Of a stretch of DNA of 64,000 nucleotides, positions 37,676-46,685 are shown in pieces. The stretch spans positions 4,384,001 to 4,448,000 of the forward strand of contig OZ245817.1 in NCBI GenBank assembly GCA_965228475.1. The letters run 5' to 3'. Under the pieces are notes generated by a model. It saw only the letters and a list, made by a program, of their open reading frames with translations, ran no database searches and had not been told where the DNA came from. The translations under genes were made by a program, and so were the position numbers. The DNA is from Myxococcota bacterium (lineage in GTDB: Bacteria > Myxococcota_A > UBA9160 > JAFDDA01). Position 1 is the stretch's first letter; every line of letters begins with the position of its first letter.

Positions 37676-38341
37676 ATGCGGATGAAGTCGAAGCGCAAGA
37701 GAGGGCGGCCGCGCGGGAGCGATCCGGCGCCGAGCAAGGACGACATCCTCGAAGCCGCCGTCGCCTCGGTGGCGGAAGTGGGCCTGCAGCGCGCTTCGAT
37801 CTCCCACGTGGCGGAGAAGGCCGGCGCCAGCAAGACCTCCGTCCTCTACCATTTCCGTAATCGTGAGGGCCTCGTGGCCGCGCTGGCGCTCAAGGTCTTG
37901 AGCGACTTCCAGGAAGGCGTCTCCACCGGCTCGAAGCTCCCCAGGGGCGACGTCGCGCGCGCCGAGGCGGGCGTCCGGGCGTTCTTCAAGCCCGAGTACC
38001 GCGAATCGCTCGTCGTGATGCGCGAGCTCATGACCCAGGGCGCCTTCGACAAGCGCATGGGCGAGCTGGTGCGGTTCGCCGTCGAGACGCGCGTCCAGAT
38101 GATCGCGTCGCTGCTCGACCTCCCCACGCCCCTCGCGCTCTCCACCGCGCGCAACCTGGTGATGGCCGTGCAGGGTGCCGTCGACGCCTGGGTCTGCAGC
38201 GGAAGCCGCAACCCGGCGCCGTATTGCGAATCCGCGATCGAGACCGCGCGCGCCCTGATCGAGAGCGCCGGCAACCGGGCTCGGCTCGTCGCGATCCCCG
38301 ACGATGAAGAAGAGGAGTTCCCCGCCGACGACGAGGGCTAG
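37676..38341 (+). CDS. TetR/AcrR family regulator (paralog of 33834-34490)
   Basis: GRPRG..SKDDILEA..ASKTSVLYHFRNREGL. Confidence 0.88.
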   Translation: MRMKSKRKRGRPRGSDPAPSKDDILEAAVASVAEVGLQRASISHVAEKAGASKTSVLYHFRNREGLVAALALKVLSDFQEGVSTGSKLPRGDVARAEAGVRAFFKPEYRESLVVMRELMTQGAFDKRMGELVRFAVETRVQMIASLLDLPTPLALSTARNLVMAVQGAVDAWVCSGSRNPAPYCESAIETARALIESAGNRARLVAIPDDEEEEFPADDEG

Positions 38342-38368
38342 CGCCCTCGCCGTCGACGGAGGGGTGCC

Positions 38369-39118
38369 TCAGTCCTTGTAGCTCGGATCCAGGCGATCCA
38401 GCTGGCGGCGCATCGCCGGCCAGAGGAGCGCGTTCCCGACGACCGGCAGGCCGTTGCCCTGCTGGGCCGTCTTCTCGACGACGGCCGGCTCGACCTCGAC
38501 CGCGCCCTGGCTCCCGGAGAGCGTCCGCACCTGCATCGAGCACGCGCGCTCGAGGTAGTACATGCGGGTGAACGCTTCGGCGACGGTCGAGCCGACGGTC
38601 AGCGTGCCGTGGTTGTGGAGCAGCATCAGGTGCTTGTCGCCGATGTCCCGCACCAGGCGCTCGCGCTCGTCGAGGTCGAGGGCCACGCCTTCGTAGTCGT
38701 GATAGGCGATGTCCTCGCGCACGAGCAGCGCGGTCTGGTTCAGGGGCAGGAGCCCTTCCTTCTGGGTCGAAACCGCCGTGCCGTCGAGGGTGTGGAGGTG
38801 CAGCACGCACATCGCATCCTCGCGCGCCTGGTGGATCGCGCTGTGGATCACGAACCCGGCGGGGTTCACGGGGTGGCCCGAGTCGAGCACGACGTTCCCG
38901 TCGAGATCGATCTTCGCGAGGCTCGAGGCGGTGATCTCGTCGAAGAGCAGCCCGAAGGGGTTGATCAGGAAGTGGTGCTCGGGCCCGGGGACCCGGACGG
39001 AGATGTGGGTGAAGATCAGGTCGTCCCAGCCGAGCCGGGCCACCTGGCGGTAGCAGGCCGCGAGGTCCTCGCGGATCGCCCATTCTTCTTCGGATACCTG
39101 GTCGCGGATGGATGCCAT
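38369..39118 (-). CDS. Class II aldolase/adducin family protein
   Basis: FTHISVR, FLINPFGLLFDEITASSL, IHSAIH, HLHT, HNHG. Confidence 0.92.
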   Translation of the reverse strand: MASIRDQVSEEEWAIREDLAACYRQVARLGWDDLIFTHISVRVPGPEHHFLINPFGLLFDEITASSLAKIDLDGNVVLDSGHPVNPAGFVIHSAIHQAREDAMCVLHLHTLDGTAVSTQKEGLLPLNQTALLVREDIAYHDYEGVALDLDERERLVRDIGDKHLMLLHNHGTLTVGSTVAEAFTRMYYLERACSMQVRTLSGSQGAVEVEPAVVEKTAQQGNGLPVVGNALLWPAMRRQLDRLDPSYKD

Positions 39119-39193
39119 GGGTTCGTCTCCTTCGTGTGGAGAGGATCCTATGGCAGCGGAACATCATTGAAAATTAGATCTTTGTCGCTTAAA

Positions 39194-39210
39194 CATAACG
39201 CAACGTTATG
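39194..39210. promoter_or_regulatory. LysR-type T-N11-A binding site
   Basis: CATAAC-gcaac-GTTATG in the divergent aldolase/LysR intergenic region. Confidence 0.65.
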
Positions 39211-39220
39211 GAGAAACGTC

Positions 39221-40132
39221 GTGGAGATCCGGCAATTGGAGCACCTGGTGGCCGCCGTGGAGCTCGGCACCCTGCGCGAGGCCGCCGAGCGCTGCCACAT
39301 CTCCCAGCCGGGCCTCTCCATGAGCCTGCGGCGGCTCGAGGATTTCCTCGGGGTGAAGGTGCTCGAGCGCGAGCCGCGCGGCGTCGTCCCCACCCGCTAC
39401 GGCGAGGTCCTCTGCCGCCACGCGAAGATCGTGCTCGCCCACGTGCGCCACGCCACCAGCGAGATCGAGAGCCTGCGCGGCGAGGGCGCCGGCGAGCTCC
39501 GCATCGGGGTCGGCGCGAGCTTCATGAACCGGGCGCTCGCGCGGGTGGTGGCGCGGCTCATCGAGAGCCGGCCGGGCTTCGCCCTCCACGTTTCCGAGGG
39601 CGTCGCCGAGGACCAGATCCCCCGCCTTGCCGAGGGCGAGCTCGACCTCGCCCTGGTGCGCTTCCCGTCGACGCCGCCGGACGCGACGCTCGTCTACGAA
39701 ACGCTCCATCGCCGCGAGCTGTGCGCCTGGGTGCGCGCCGGGCACCCGCTCGCCGAGCGGGCGCAGGAACTCACGCTCGAAGATCTCGTCCAGGCCCGGT
39801 GGAGCACGCCGGACGATGCGCCCCAGGAGATCGCGGGCCCGATCTACCGGGCGCTCCAGCGCGCCGGCTTCGCGACGCGCCCGACGGTGCAGACCAACTC
39901 GGTGCCGTTCCTGAAGCGGCTCGTGCTCGCGAGCGATTGTCTGGCGCTGCTGCCCGAGGGCGCCGTGGCGGACGAGGTCGCCGATGGGGAGCTCGTCGGG
40001 TTGAAGCTCCCGGGCGTCGATCTCAGCGACGAGGTGGGCGCCGTCTACCGGCGCGAGCTCGCGGAGCTTCCCGTCCTCGGCGAGATCGTCGAGGCCCTGC
40101 GCGAAGAGCTCCCACGCGCGGGGCTCGAGTGA
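39221..40132 (+). CDS. LysR family transcriptional regulator
   Basis: QLEHLVA..GTLREAAERCHISQPGLSMSLRRLE HTH; substrate-binding domain. Confidence 0.92.
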   Translation: MEIRQLEHLVAAVELGTLREAAERCHISQPGLSMSLRRLEDFLGVKVLEREPRGVVPTRYGEVLCRHAKIVLAHVRHATSEIESLRGEGAGELRIGVGASFMNRALARVVARLIESRPGFALHVSEGVAEDQIPRLAEGELDLALVRFPSTPPDATLVYETLHRRELCAWVRAGHPLAERAQELTLEDLVQARWSTPDDAPQEIAGPIYRALQRAGFATRPTVQTNSVPFLKRLVLASDCLALLPEGAVADEVADGELVGLKLPGVDLSDEVGAVYRRELAELPVLGEIVEALREELPRAGLE

Positions 40133-40157
40133 GGGGAAAGCCGGCGCGCGCGGCCCG

Positions 40158-40679
40158 CTAGCCCTCGTCGACGAGCTTCTCGAGGATGCCGTCGATCGCC
40201 TTTTCGGCGATCTCCACCATCTCGCCGTCGGTGCGGTCCTGGATGGGGTGCTGGACGAAGACGGCCGCCGGATCGGCGCCGAGGGCCCGGGCCTGGGCCT
40301 CCGCCGCGTCCACGAACTCCGTCGTCGCGACGAACACGCCGGGGATGCCGCGGGCTTCGAGGTCGACCGTGTCGTGCACACTGCACGACGTGCAGCTGCC
40401 TCAATCGGCGAGCGCTTCCACCACCGCATCGCACTCGACGGCGATCTCCTGACGGAGATCGGGCGGGGCGGGCTTCGTGAAGGTCGGCTTCTTGTAGCGG
40501 CGCACCTCGGCGCCGCGCTCGCGCAGGCCCTGCTCGAGCCGGTCGAGGAAGACGTCGCCGCGGGCCTTCGAGATGTCGAGCAGGCCGACGGTGCGGCCGG
40601 CCAGGGTGTCGAGCCGGGCCAGGCGCTCGCGCGTGGCCGCGCTCCGCTCACTCGTCGGGTCGAGGAGGATGCGGGTCAC
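40158..40679 (-). CDS. UGSC-family selenoprotein (in-frame UGA at 40403-40401)
   Basis: Two track ORFs (40401-40679, 40158-40379) are in one frame, joined as ..EALAD-U-GSCTSCSVHD.. Confidence 0.85.
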
Positions 40680-40698
40680 GGGCGTACCCCAGGGTGCG

Positions 40699-42138
40699 TC
40701 ACGGCCGGATCTCCTTCATCACCGGGGTGCTGCCGACCTCGCCGGAGACCCACCCGGGGATGATCGCAGAGAAGAGTCCGGCGCCGCCACCGCAGTGCAC
40801 GATGCGCAGGCCGCCGGGCCGGAACTTCGGGAGCGTCGCGTCCTTCAGGCCTTCGGGAACACCCTCGGCGATGCCGCCCGCGCCGCGTACCAGCTCGGCC
40901 CCCGGGATCAGCAACAGCTCGCCGAGCTTCGCGATCAGGTCGTCCTTGCTCCAGCCGGCCTCGCGAAAGATGCGCGCGTGCTCGGGGCCGACGGCGAGGA
41001 TCGCGTCGAAGGCCATCACGAGCTTCGGGTGCGTGAGCGGGCGCAGCGCGGCGGCGTAGCTGCGCGAAAGCGACTCCGGGTCACGCGAGAGCTGGTCGAC
41101 GAGCGTGTTCGGGCCCTCGCCGCAGAAGGCGGTCACGGCGTCCTGCCCGGGCGCGGCGCCAAACTCGGTCGCCAGCGGCGTCCACGGCGAGTTCTCCTCG
41201 TCCTCGGCGAAGCAGAAGGAGAGCTTGCTCGGGTTGCCGTGGGCCGCGCGGTCGATCTCACCCGGGCGTCCGCCGCCGACGTTACGCACCACGAGCTGGA
41301 CGGCGCGGCCGATCGTCGAGTTCGCGCGGTTGCCCTGGCCGAAGACGTTCTTCCCGGAGTTCATGCCGATGCGCCTGCGGACCGGGCCGTTCACGACGAG
41401 GACGGGCGCGACGGGCATGGTCGTCGCGAGCACGCCGTGGATGTTGAACGCGTCCGTGCAGATCGCCTCGACGGCGGCGAGCACGACGGGCAGGTACTCG
41501 GGCTTGCAGCCGGCGAGCACCGCGTTGATCGCGACCTTCTCGACCGTGCACGGCACGAGGTCCGGCGGAACGGTCGCGACGATCTCGTCGGCCGCGCGCT
41601 CGGTGCCTTCGAGCATCGCGAGCACGCGCCGCTCGGTGGGCGGGACGAGCGGGAGGCCATCGCTCCAGCCGCGCTCGAAGAGGGCCTCCATCTCATCCTC
41701 GAGGGGCGCGAGCTCGACGCGGCGGGCGGAGAGCTTGTGCCCCTCGAAGCGCACGGCCAGATCCGGCGCGAGGTCCGGGTCCACGGACTTCGAGCCGCAG
41801 CCCGGACGCCACTCCGGGAGCTCGGGCCCGAGACCGGAGAGCCCCGTCAGCTGCTCCCAGTCGGCGCGGTGCCAGCCGAGCGCGCGCCCGACCTCGCGGC
41901 CGTCCTCGATGCGCAGGAGCGTCGGCACGGTCTCGATCCGGTGGTGGTAGGAGACGGCGAGGCCGGTGTCGTCGACGGGCGACACGCCCTCGGGGAAGGC
42001 GACGTCGTCCTGGGTGTAGACGGTGAGCTCGGTGCGCGCATCGAGATCCCGCAGGACCGGCGCGACGAGCTCGCACGTCGGGCACTCACGCTTCACGACC
42101 GCGACGAGGCCGGAGGGAAGGTCTCGAACCGTCTCCAT
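40699..42138 (-). CDS. Thioredoxin-like CxxC protein, partner of UGSC protein
   Basis: KRECPTC; RPGCGS; GWSDGLPLVPPT, KVAINAVLAGC, GNRANSTIGRA. Confidence 0.8.
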   Translation of the reverse strand: METVRDLPSGLVAVVKRECPTCELVAPVLRDLDARTELTVYTQDDVAFPEGVSPVDDTGLAVSYHHRIETVPTLLRIEDGREVGRALGWHRADWEQLTGLSGLGPELPEWRPGCGSKSVDPDLAPDLAVRFEGHKLSARRVELAPLEDEMEALFERGWSDGLPLVPPTERRVLAMLEGTERAADEIVATVPPDLVPCTVEKVAINAVLAGCKPEYLPVVLAAVEAICTDAFNIHGVLATTMPVAPVLVVNGPVRRRIGMNSGKNVFGQGNRANSTIGRAVQLVVRNVGGGRPGEIDRAAHGNPSKLSFCFAEDEENSPWTPLATEFGAAPGQDAVTAFCGEGPNTLVDQLSRDPESLSRSYAAALRPLTHPKLVMAFDAILAVGPEHARIFREAGWSKDDLIAKLGELLLIPGAELVRGAGGIAEGVPEGLKDATLPKFRPGGLRIVHCGGGAGLFSAIIPGWVSGEVGSTPVMKEIRP

Positions 42139-42186
42139 GGGAAGCCTCCGACGGGAGAGCATACCTCGACTTCGGAGAGCTAGGCA

Positions 42187-42205
42187 GGAACGTCCCCCTG
42201 GTCAG
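42187..42205 (-). repeat. REP-like element, copy of 49175-49193
   Basis: Reverse complement CTGACCAGGGGGACGTTCC is identical (19/19) to 49175-49193; contains the globin stop codon. Confidence 0.6.
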
Positions 42206-42696
42206 GGGGTGGGGGAGGCGGGCGGGGGTGTCTGGCGTTCGCGCTCGGCGCGGGCGCGGCGGGTCTTCTTTCGCTCGACGATGTCGCCGTGCATCGGTGC
42301 GAGGCGGGCGAGCAGGCGGTTCTGGGCCCCGGTCGGCGTCCCCTCGGTCTCCATCGCGTCGATCAGGTCTTCGACGAGCGCGTTGAAGTCTCCCTCGCTG
42401 ACGCCCATGCCGCGGTGGACGTCCGCCATGCTGTCGCCGGTGTACTCGCAGGGTCCGTCGGAGACCTGACAGAGCTGGTCGATCAGGTGGCGGCGGAAGC
42501 GCGAAATCTTCGTCTCGGCGAAGTGGTGGACGATGCGCTCGTCGGCCGCGAGCTCGCGCAGGAAGGAATCCACGATCGCCTCGATCCCCGCGTGGCCACC
42601 GAGGTCGTCGAACAGGGTCCGCGGCTCCGCGCGCGGCAGCGCGCAGGCCGTGGCGAGCAGCCCCGCCAGCGCGATGCATCGCAACGGCGCCCTCAC
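42202..42696 (-). CDS. Group I truncated hemoglobin with lipoprotein signal
   Basis: TLFDDLGG..GI..IVD..DERI..HF..GPCEYTG.SM.DVH.GM..DFNALVEDL; lipobox LATAC; GTG overlaps previous stop. Confidence 0.88.
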   Translation of the reverse strand: MRAPLRCIALAGLLATACALPRAEPRTLFDDLGGHAGIEAIVDSFLRELAADERIVHHFAETKISRFRRHLIDQLCQVSDGPCEYTGDSMADVHRGMGVSEGDFNALVEDLIDAMETEGTPTGAQNRLLARLAPMHGDIVERKKTRRARAERERQTPPPASPTP

Positions 42697-43574
42697 AGGC
42701 TCGCCTGCACGGAGAGGTACACGCCGTTCTGGCTCCGGAAACCGGCGATGTCGCCGAGCATCGCGTAGGAGGCGACGAGCCCGACGTGTTTGTTCGGGAA
42801 CCACGCGACGAAGACGTCCATCCAATCCGATTCCTTGGCGAACTTCAGGTTGCTTCCCTTCTGGCGATACTCGAAGCCGAGCGCGAGGCGCCGGTTCATG
42901 AAGAGAGCTGCCGAGCCCTCGAACAGGGCCCGGTAGCCGCCGCGCCGGTCGCCGCCGAAGCCGAGCAGGCCGAGTTCGTTGGCCCGGGTCGCGCGCACGG
43001 TTCCGTTCAAGACGAGGTTGCGGCCGAGCACGGCACCGAGGAAGAGCTTCGTCGCGGAGAGATAGGCGTCGACCCCCCAGTGTCTGCGAGCTCCGACGGC
43101 TTCGGGCAGGGCGAAGTCCATGTTGTGCTTGTACTGGACGCCGGCCGCGAACTGGGGCCAACCGCCGTAGACCACGTCGCCGAAGAGTCGGACCTTCGCG
43201 CTCGCGACGTTCATGCGCAGGCGCGTATCGAGCGGACGCACGAAGAAGCGCTGGTGGGCGAAAGAGAACTCGACGCGATTCCAGAAGCCGACCGAGGCAC
43301 CGTAGGACTCGAGTCTGAAGTCCGGCAGCCGGACGTTCGTCGCACTGATTCCGCCGCCGATCTGATCTTCGGTGCCGGTTCCCGCGATCACCGCCCAGGG
43401 AACGAGCCCGCCCCCGGCCGAGCCCTCGACCTGGGTCACGCCACCGGTCGCGAGCAGCCGCCCGCCGGCGGAAGCGAGGGTCGGCGTGAGCGCGATCGCC
43501 GCGAGCATCGCCGCGGCCAGGGCGCCCTGTCTACGCCGCCGGCTCCGTGAAGCCCCCTGCCTTCTGGTACGCAT
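42693..43574 (-). CDS. DUF3034 family putative outer-membrane beta-barrel protein
   Basis: RLLATGGVTQVEGSAGGGLVPWAVI, EYRQK..NL, D.FVAWFPNK, QNGVYLSVQ; start may lie slightly downstream. Confidence 0.82.
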   Translation of the reverse strand: MRTRRQGASRSRRRRQGALAAAMLAAIALTPTLASAGGRLLATGGVTQVEGSAGGGLVPWAVIAGTGTEDQIGGGISATNVRLPDFRLESYGASVGFWNRVEFSFAHQRFFVRPLDTRLRMNVASAKVRLFGDVVYGGWPQFAAGVQYKHNMDFALPEAVGARRHWGVDAYLSATKLFLGAVLGRNLVLNGTVRATRANELGLLGFGGDRRGGYRALFEGSAALFMNRRLALGFEYRQKGSNLKFAKESDWMDVFVAWFPNKHVGLVASYAMLGDIAGFRSQNGVYLSVQASL

Positions 43575-45867
43575 CCATCCACTCCAAGAAATCCGGCTCG
43601 GCGAGGGGGCGGCTGATCCCGTAGCCCTGGGCGACGTCGCATCCGGCCCGGGCGAGCAGCCGCCAGACCAGCCGATCCTCCACGCCTTCGGCGACCACCC
43701 GGAGCCCGAGGGCGTGGGCGAGCTCCACGGTGGAGCGCACGATCACCTCGTCGGGCGTGCCCTCCCGCATGTGGCGAACGAACGCCTGATCGATTTTGAG
43801 TTCATCGACCGGAAGCCGCTTGAGTTGAGCCAGGGACGCCTGGCCGGTCCCGAAGTCGTCCAGGGAAACCCGGATGCCCGCGCCGCGCAGATCGCCGAGG
43901 ATCCGGGCGCCGCCCTCCGGGTCCGCCATCACCGCGCTCTCGGTGACTTCGACATGCAGACTGCCGGGTGCGAGCCCCGCTTCTCCGACGTGCCGACGGA
44001 TCCGCTGGGCGAGGCGCGGGTCGGCCAGGTCGTGGGCGGACAGGTTCACCCCGACCTTGATCTCGTAGCCCCGCGTGGCCCAGGCCGCGGCGCGTGTCGT
44101 CGCGTGGCGCAGCACCCATTCCGTCAACGCCCCGATGCTGCCCGCCTGCTCCGCGAGGGCGACGAAGAGGTCCGGGCGCATGGGGCCGAGCTGCGGGTGC
44201 TCCCAGCGGATCAGCGCCTCGACGCCCACGAGCTCGCCCGTCGCCATCTCGATCTTGGGCTGGTAGTGCATGTCGAGGGCGTCATCGACGATCGCCTGGC
44301 CGAGATCCGAAAGGATCGCGACCCGGCGACGATTGTCTTCCTCGTGGCCGGGCTCGAACTCGGCCAGCGGAAGGCGCTCCGCCTTCGCCGTCACCATCGC
44401 GAACTCCGCGCGTCGCAGGAGATCTTCGGCGGAGCCGCCATCCTCGGGTGCGCGCAAGACGCCGGCCGTCGCCCGGATGCCGACGCGCGCGCCGCCGTAG
44501 GTGAGGGGTTCCTCTAGATCCGCGAGAAAACCTCGAACCCGCTCGACGCCATCGGCGGAGCCGTCCTCCGGGAAGACGACCAGGAACTCGTCGCCGCCGA
44601 CCCGGGACACGAACCCGGAACCGGCGAGCCTCGTCTGAAGACGCTCGGCGACGGTCCGCAGGGCAGCGTCGCCCGCGGGCTGGCCGAGCGCCGCGTTCAC
44701 GTCCTTCAGCCGATCGATGTCGAGCAGCGCGATGCGTAGCGAGGCCCCGCTCTGCGCGCTCTCCTCGATCAGCCAGTCGAGCGCCGTCGGCGCGACGGTC
44801 CGGTTGGGGAGGCCGGTCAGGCCGTCGTGGGACGCCTGACGACGGATTTCCTGCTCGCGTTCGCGGATCGCCCCCTGCATCGTGCGGAAGGTCTCGGCGA
44901 GGACGCCGATCTCGTCGGCGCTCGAGACGGCGACCTCCGTCCCGTAGTCGCCGCTCGAGATCCGCTTGGCCGCGTCGGCGAGGGCACGGATGGGCCTCGC
45001 GAAGCTGCGCGCGCTCAGCATGGAACCGGCGAGCGCACCCGCCAGGCTGAGTGCGAACAGCACGAGGAGCTCGGCCCGCAGGGCTTCGTACGGCGCCATG
45101 GCTTCGGAATGGGACGTCTGGAGCACGGCGCCGGCGCCGCCGTTTCCGAACCTCACGGAGAGCGTGATCCAATCCGAACCCTCCGGCCGCGCCGGGACCG
45201 ACTCTGCGGGCAGGCCCTCGTGAGACGCCACCCACCGGCCGAGGCTTTCGCGCTCGGCCGCGGGCAAGGTCGAGGCCGGGAGCGCGTCACGAGCGCCCAC
45301 GAAGGAGACTTCGAGGCCGGAGAGCTCGCGCAGGGCCAGCGCGAGTTCGTCGTCGAGGGCAAAGCCCATGGCGACCCAGCCCACGCGGAGCGGCGCGTGG
45401 ACCGGAACCAGCACGACCTGGTGCGGAGCGCCGGCCAGCTCGAGGACCGTCGTCGTGGCTTCTCCCTCCGACCGGCCGACGAGGTGCGTGAAGACACCGT
45501 CGGCGGAGACCGGCGGGAAGGCCGCGGTCTGCCTGCCCTCGAGATCGAGCAACAGCGTGACGTCCGAACCGATCCGGCCGCCGTGGTTCTCGAGTACGGA
45601 CGCGATCGTCGGGACGTCCCGGGTCGCGACGGCGCGCTTGAAGCCGAAGTCGGAGGCGAGGATCTCGACACTCGAGAGAAGCTGACGCTCGCGGTCGGCC
45701 AGCAGGCGGTCGAAGTCGCGGCCACCGCGCTCGAGGGCCTCGTAGGCATGGTTCTCGGCGCTGCGCTCCGTCGCGGCAAGCACCAGCACGATGGTCACGC
45801 CCTGGCTCGCGAGGATCAGGCCGAGCATCCAACGCAGCAGGCGGGTTCGAACGCTCGCCGCGCTCAT
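43531..45867 (-). CDS. Membrane sensor-HAMP-GGDEF-EAL c-di-GMP enzyme
   Basis: TM-periplasmic-TM, HAMP DEIGVLA, HDGLTGLPNR, GGDEF, EALIRW, LDDFGTG, ELKID, AEGVE, QGY; ATGA overlap at 45867. Confidence 0.9.
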   Translation of the reverse strand: MSAASVRTRLLRWMLGLILASQGVTIVLVLAATERSAENHAYEALERGGRDFDRLLADRERQLLSSVEILASDFGFKRAVATRDVPTIASVLENHGGRIGSDVTLLLDLEGRQTAAFPPVSADGVFTHLVGRSEGEATTTVLELAGAPHQVVLVPVHAPLRVGWVAMGFALDDELALALRELSGLEVSFVGARDALPASTLPAAERESLGRWVASHEGLPAESVPARPEGSDWITLSVRFGNGGAGAVLQTSHSEAMAPYEALRAELLVLFALSLAGALAGSMLSARSFARPIRALADAAKRISSGDYGTEVAVSSADEIGVLAETFRTMQGAIREREQEIRRQASHDGLTGLPNRTVAPTALDWLIEESAQSGASLRIALLDIDRLKDVNAALGQPAGDAALRTVAERLQTRLAGSGFVSRVGGDEFLVVFPEDGSADGVERVRGFLADLEEPLTYGGARVGIRATAGVLRAPEDGGSAEDLLRRAEFAMVTAKAERLPLAEFEPGHEEDNRRRVAILSDLGQAIVDDALDMHYQPKIEMATGELVGVEALIRWEHPQLGPMRPDLFVALAEQAGSIGALTEWVLRHATTRAAAWATRGYEIKVGVNLSAHDLADPRLAQRIRRHVGEAGLAPGSLHVEVTESAVMADPEGGARILGDLRGAGIRVSLDDFGTGQASLAQLKRLPVDELKIDQAFVRHMREGTPDEVIVRSTVELAHALGLRVVAEGVEDRLVWRLLARAGCDVAQGYGISRPLAEPDFLEWMDAYQKAGGFTEPAA

Positions 45868-46583
45868 CGCGCTCCCTTGCGGAAGAGGTGTTGGAGCGGA
45901 TCCTCTTCTTCGTGCGCCTCGTCCTCGTTCACCTCGTGTTTCGCTCGGGGATCCGGGGCGAGTTTCCCGGGGATTCTCAAGACGACTTCGTTGCCGGCCT
46001 CGAGGTCGAACGTGCCCAACGGGACGCCTTGCTCGGGAAGTCGCGGATGCAGGACCTGGACCCGGTGAGACCCGGGGCGCTTCAACCCGGTCGAAGCGCG
46101 ACCCCCTTCGTCGGTCACCGCATGGGCCGCGCCGTCGAGCACATAGACGTACCCGATCATGTGGTCGTGGATGTTGCAGCCGAGCACGACCGTACCGGCC
46201 GTCTCGAAGGTCACGGGGGGTGCCTCCACACCGGCGTAGAGCTTCAACTCGAAGGTCTTGGCGGTAGAGAAGGAGTAGACGTGGTGGCGGGTCTGGTCGC
46301 TGTTGGGGAAGGAGACCTGCGTTCCGCGCGGGACGGCCAGGACGTAGGGCGAGAACTGCTTCTCGCGCTGGTCCACGACGGCCCGCAACGCAGGCGCGAT
46401 GGCCGGCTCCGCTCCGAGAACCGCCACGACGGCGTTCGGGAGCGGAGCTCCCGAGACGTCCAGGACCTGCCAGCGCACCTCCGCAGCGGAGGCGAGGCTC
46501 GAGCCACAGCAGGCGAGCAGGAGAACCACGGCCCGGGCCAGCGGCAACGAGCGGCGGAAATCGCGACGCAGAAGCGCACCCAT
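45864..46583 (-). CDS. Exported cupredoxin-like ('methylamine utilization' MauL-like) protein
   Basis: VDQ..KQF.PYVL.V..GT.VSFPNSD..RHHVYSFS, LGCNIHDHM. Confidence 0.82.
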   Translation of the reverse strand: MGALLRRDFRRSLPLARAVVLLLACCGSSLASAAEVRWQVLDVSGAPLPNAVVAVLGAEPAIAPALRAVVDQREKQFSPYVLAVPRGTQVSFPNSDQTRHHVYSFSTAKTFELKLYAGVEAPPVTFETAGTVVLGCNIHDHMIGYVYVLDGAAHAVTDEGGRASTGLKRPGSHRVQVLHPRLPEQGVPLGTFDLEAGNEVVLRIPGKLAPDPRAKHEVNEDEAHEEEDPLQHLFRKGAR

Positions 46584-46685
46584 CCGGGTGTCTTCGACGC
46601 TCTTCCGGACGGTCTTGAGATCGCCGCCGAAGTCCCGCCGGGAATGGCCGGAGCGTCCGGGGAAACCCCGAGACGCGGTCGCCGC

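Noticed and set aside
40401..40403. Nonsense mutation/pseudogene in the 40158-40679 gene
   Set aside because: The stop is UGA exactly at the U of a UGSC redox motif with both halves intact, better explained as selenocysteine
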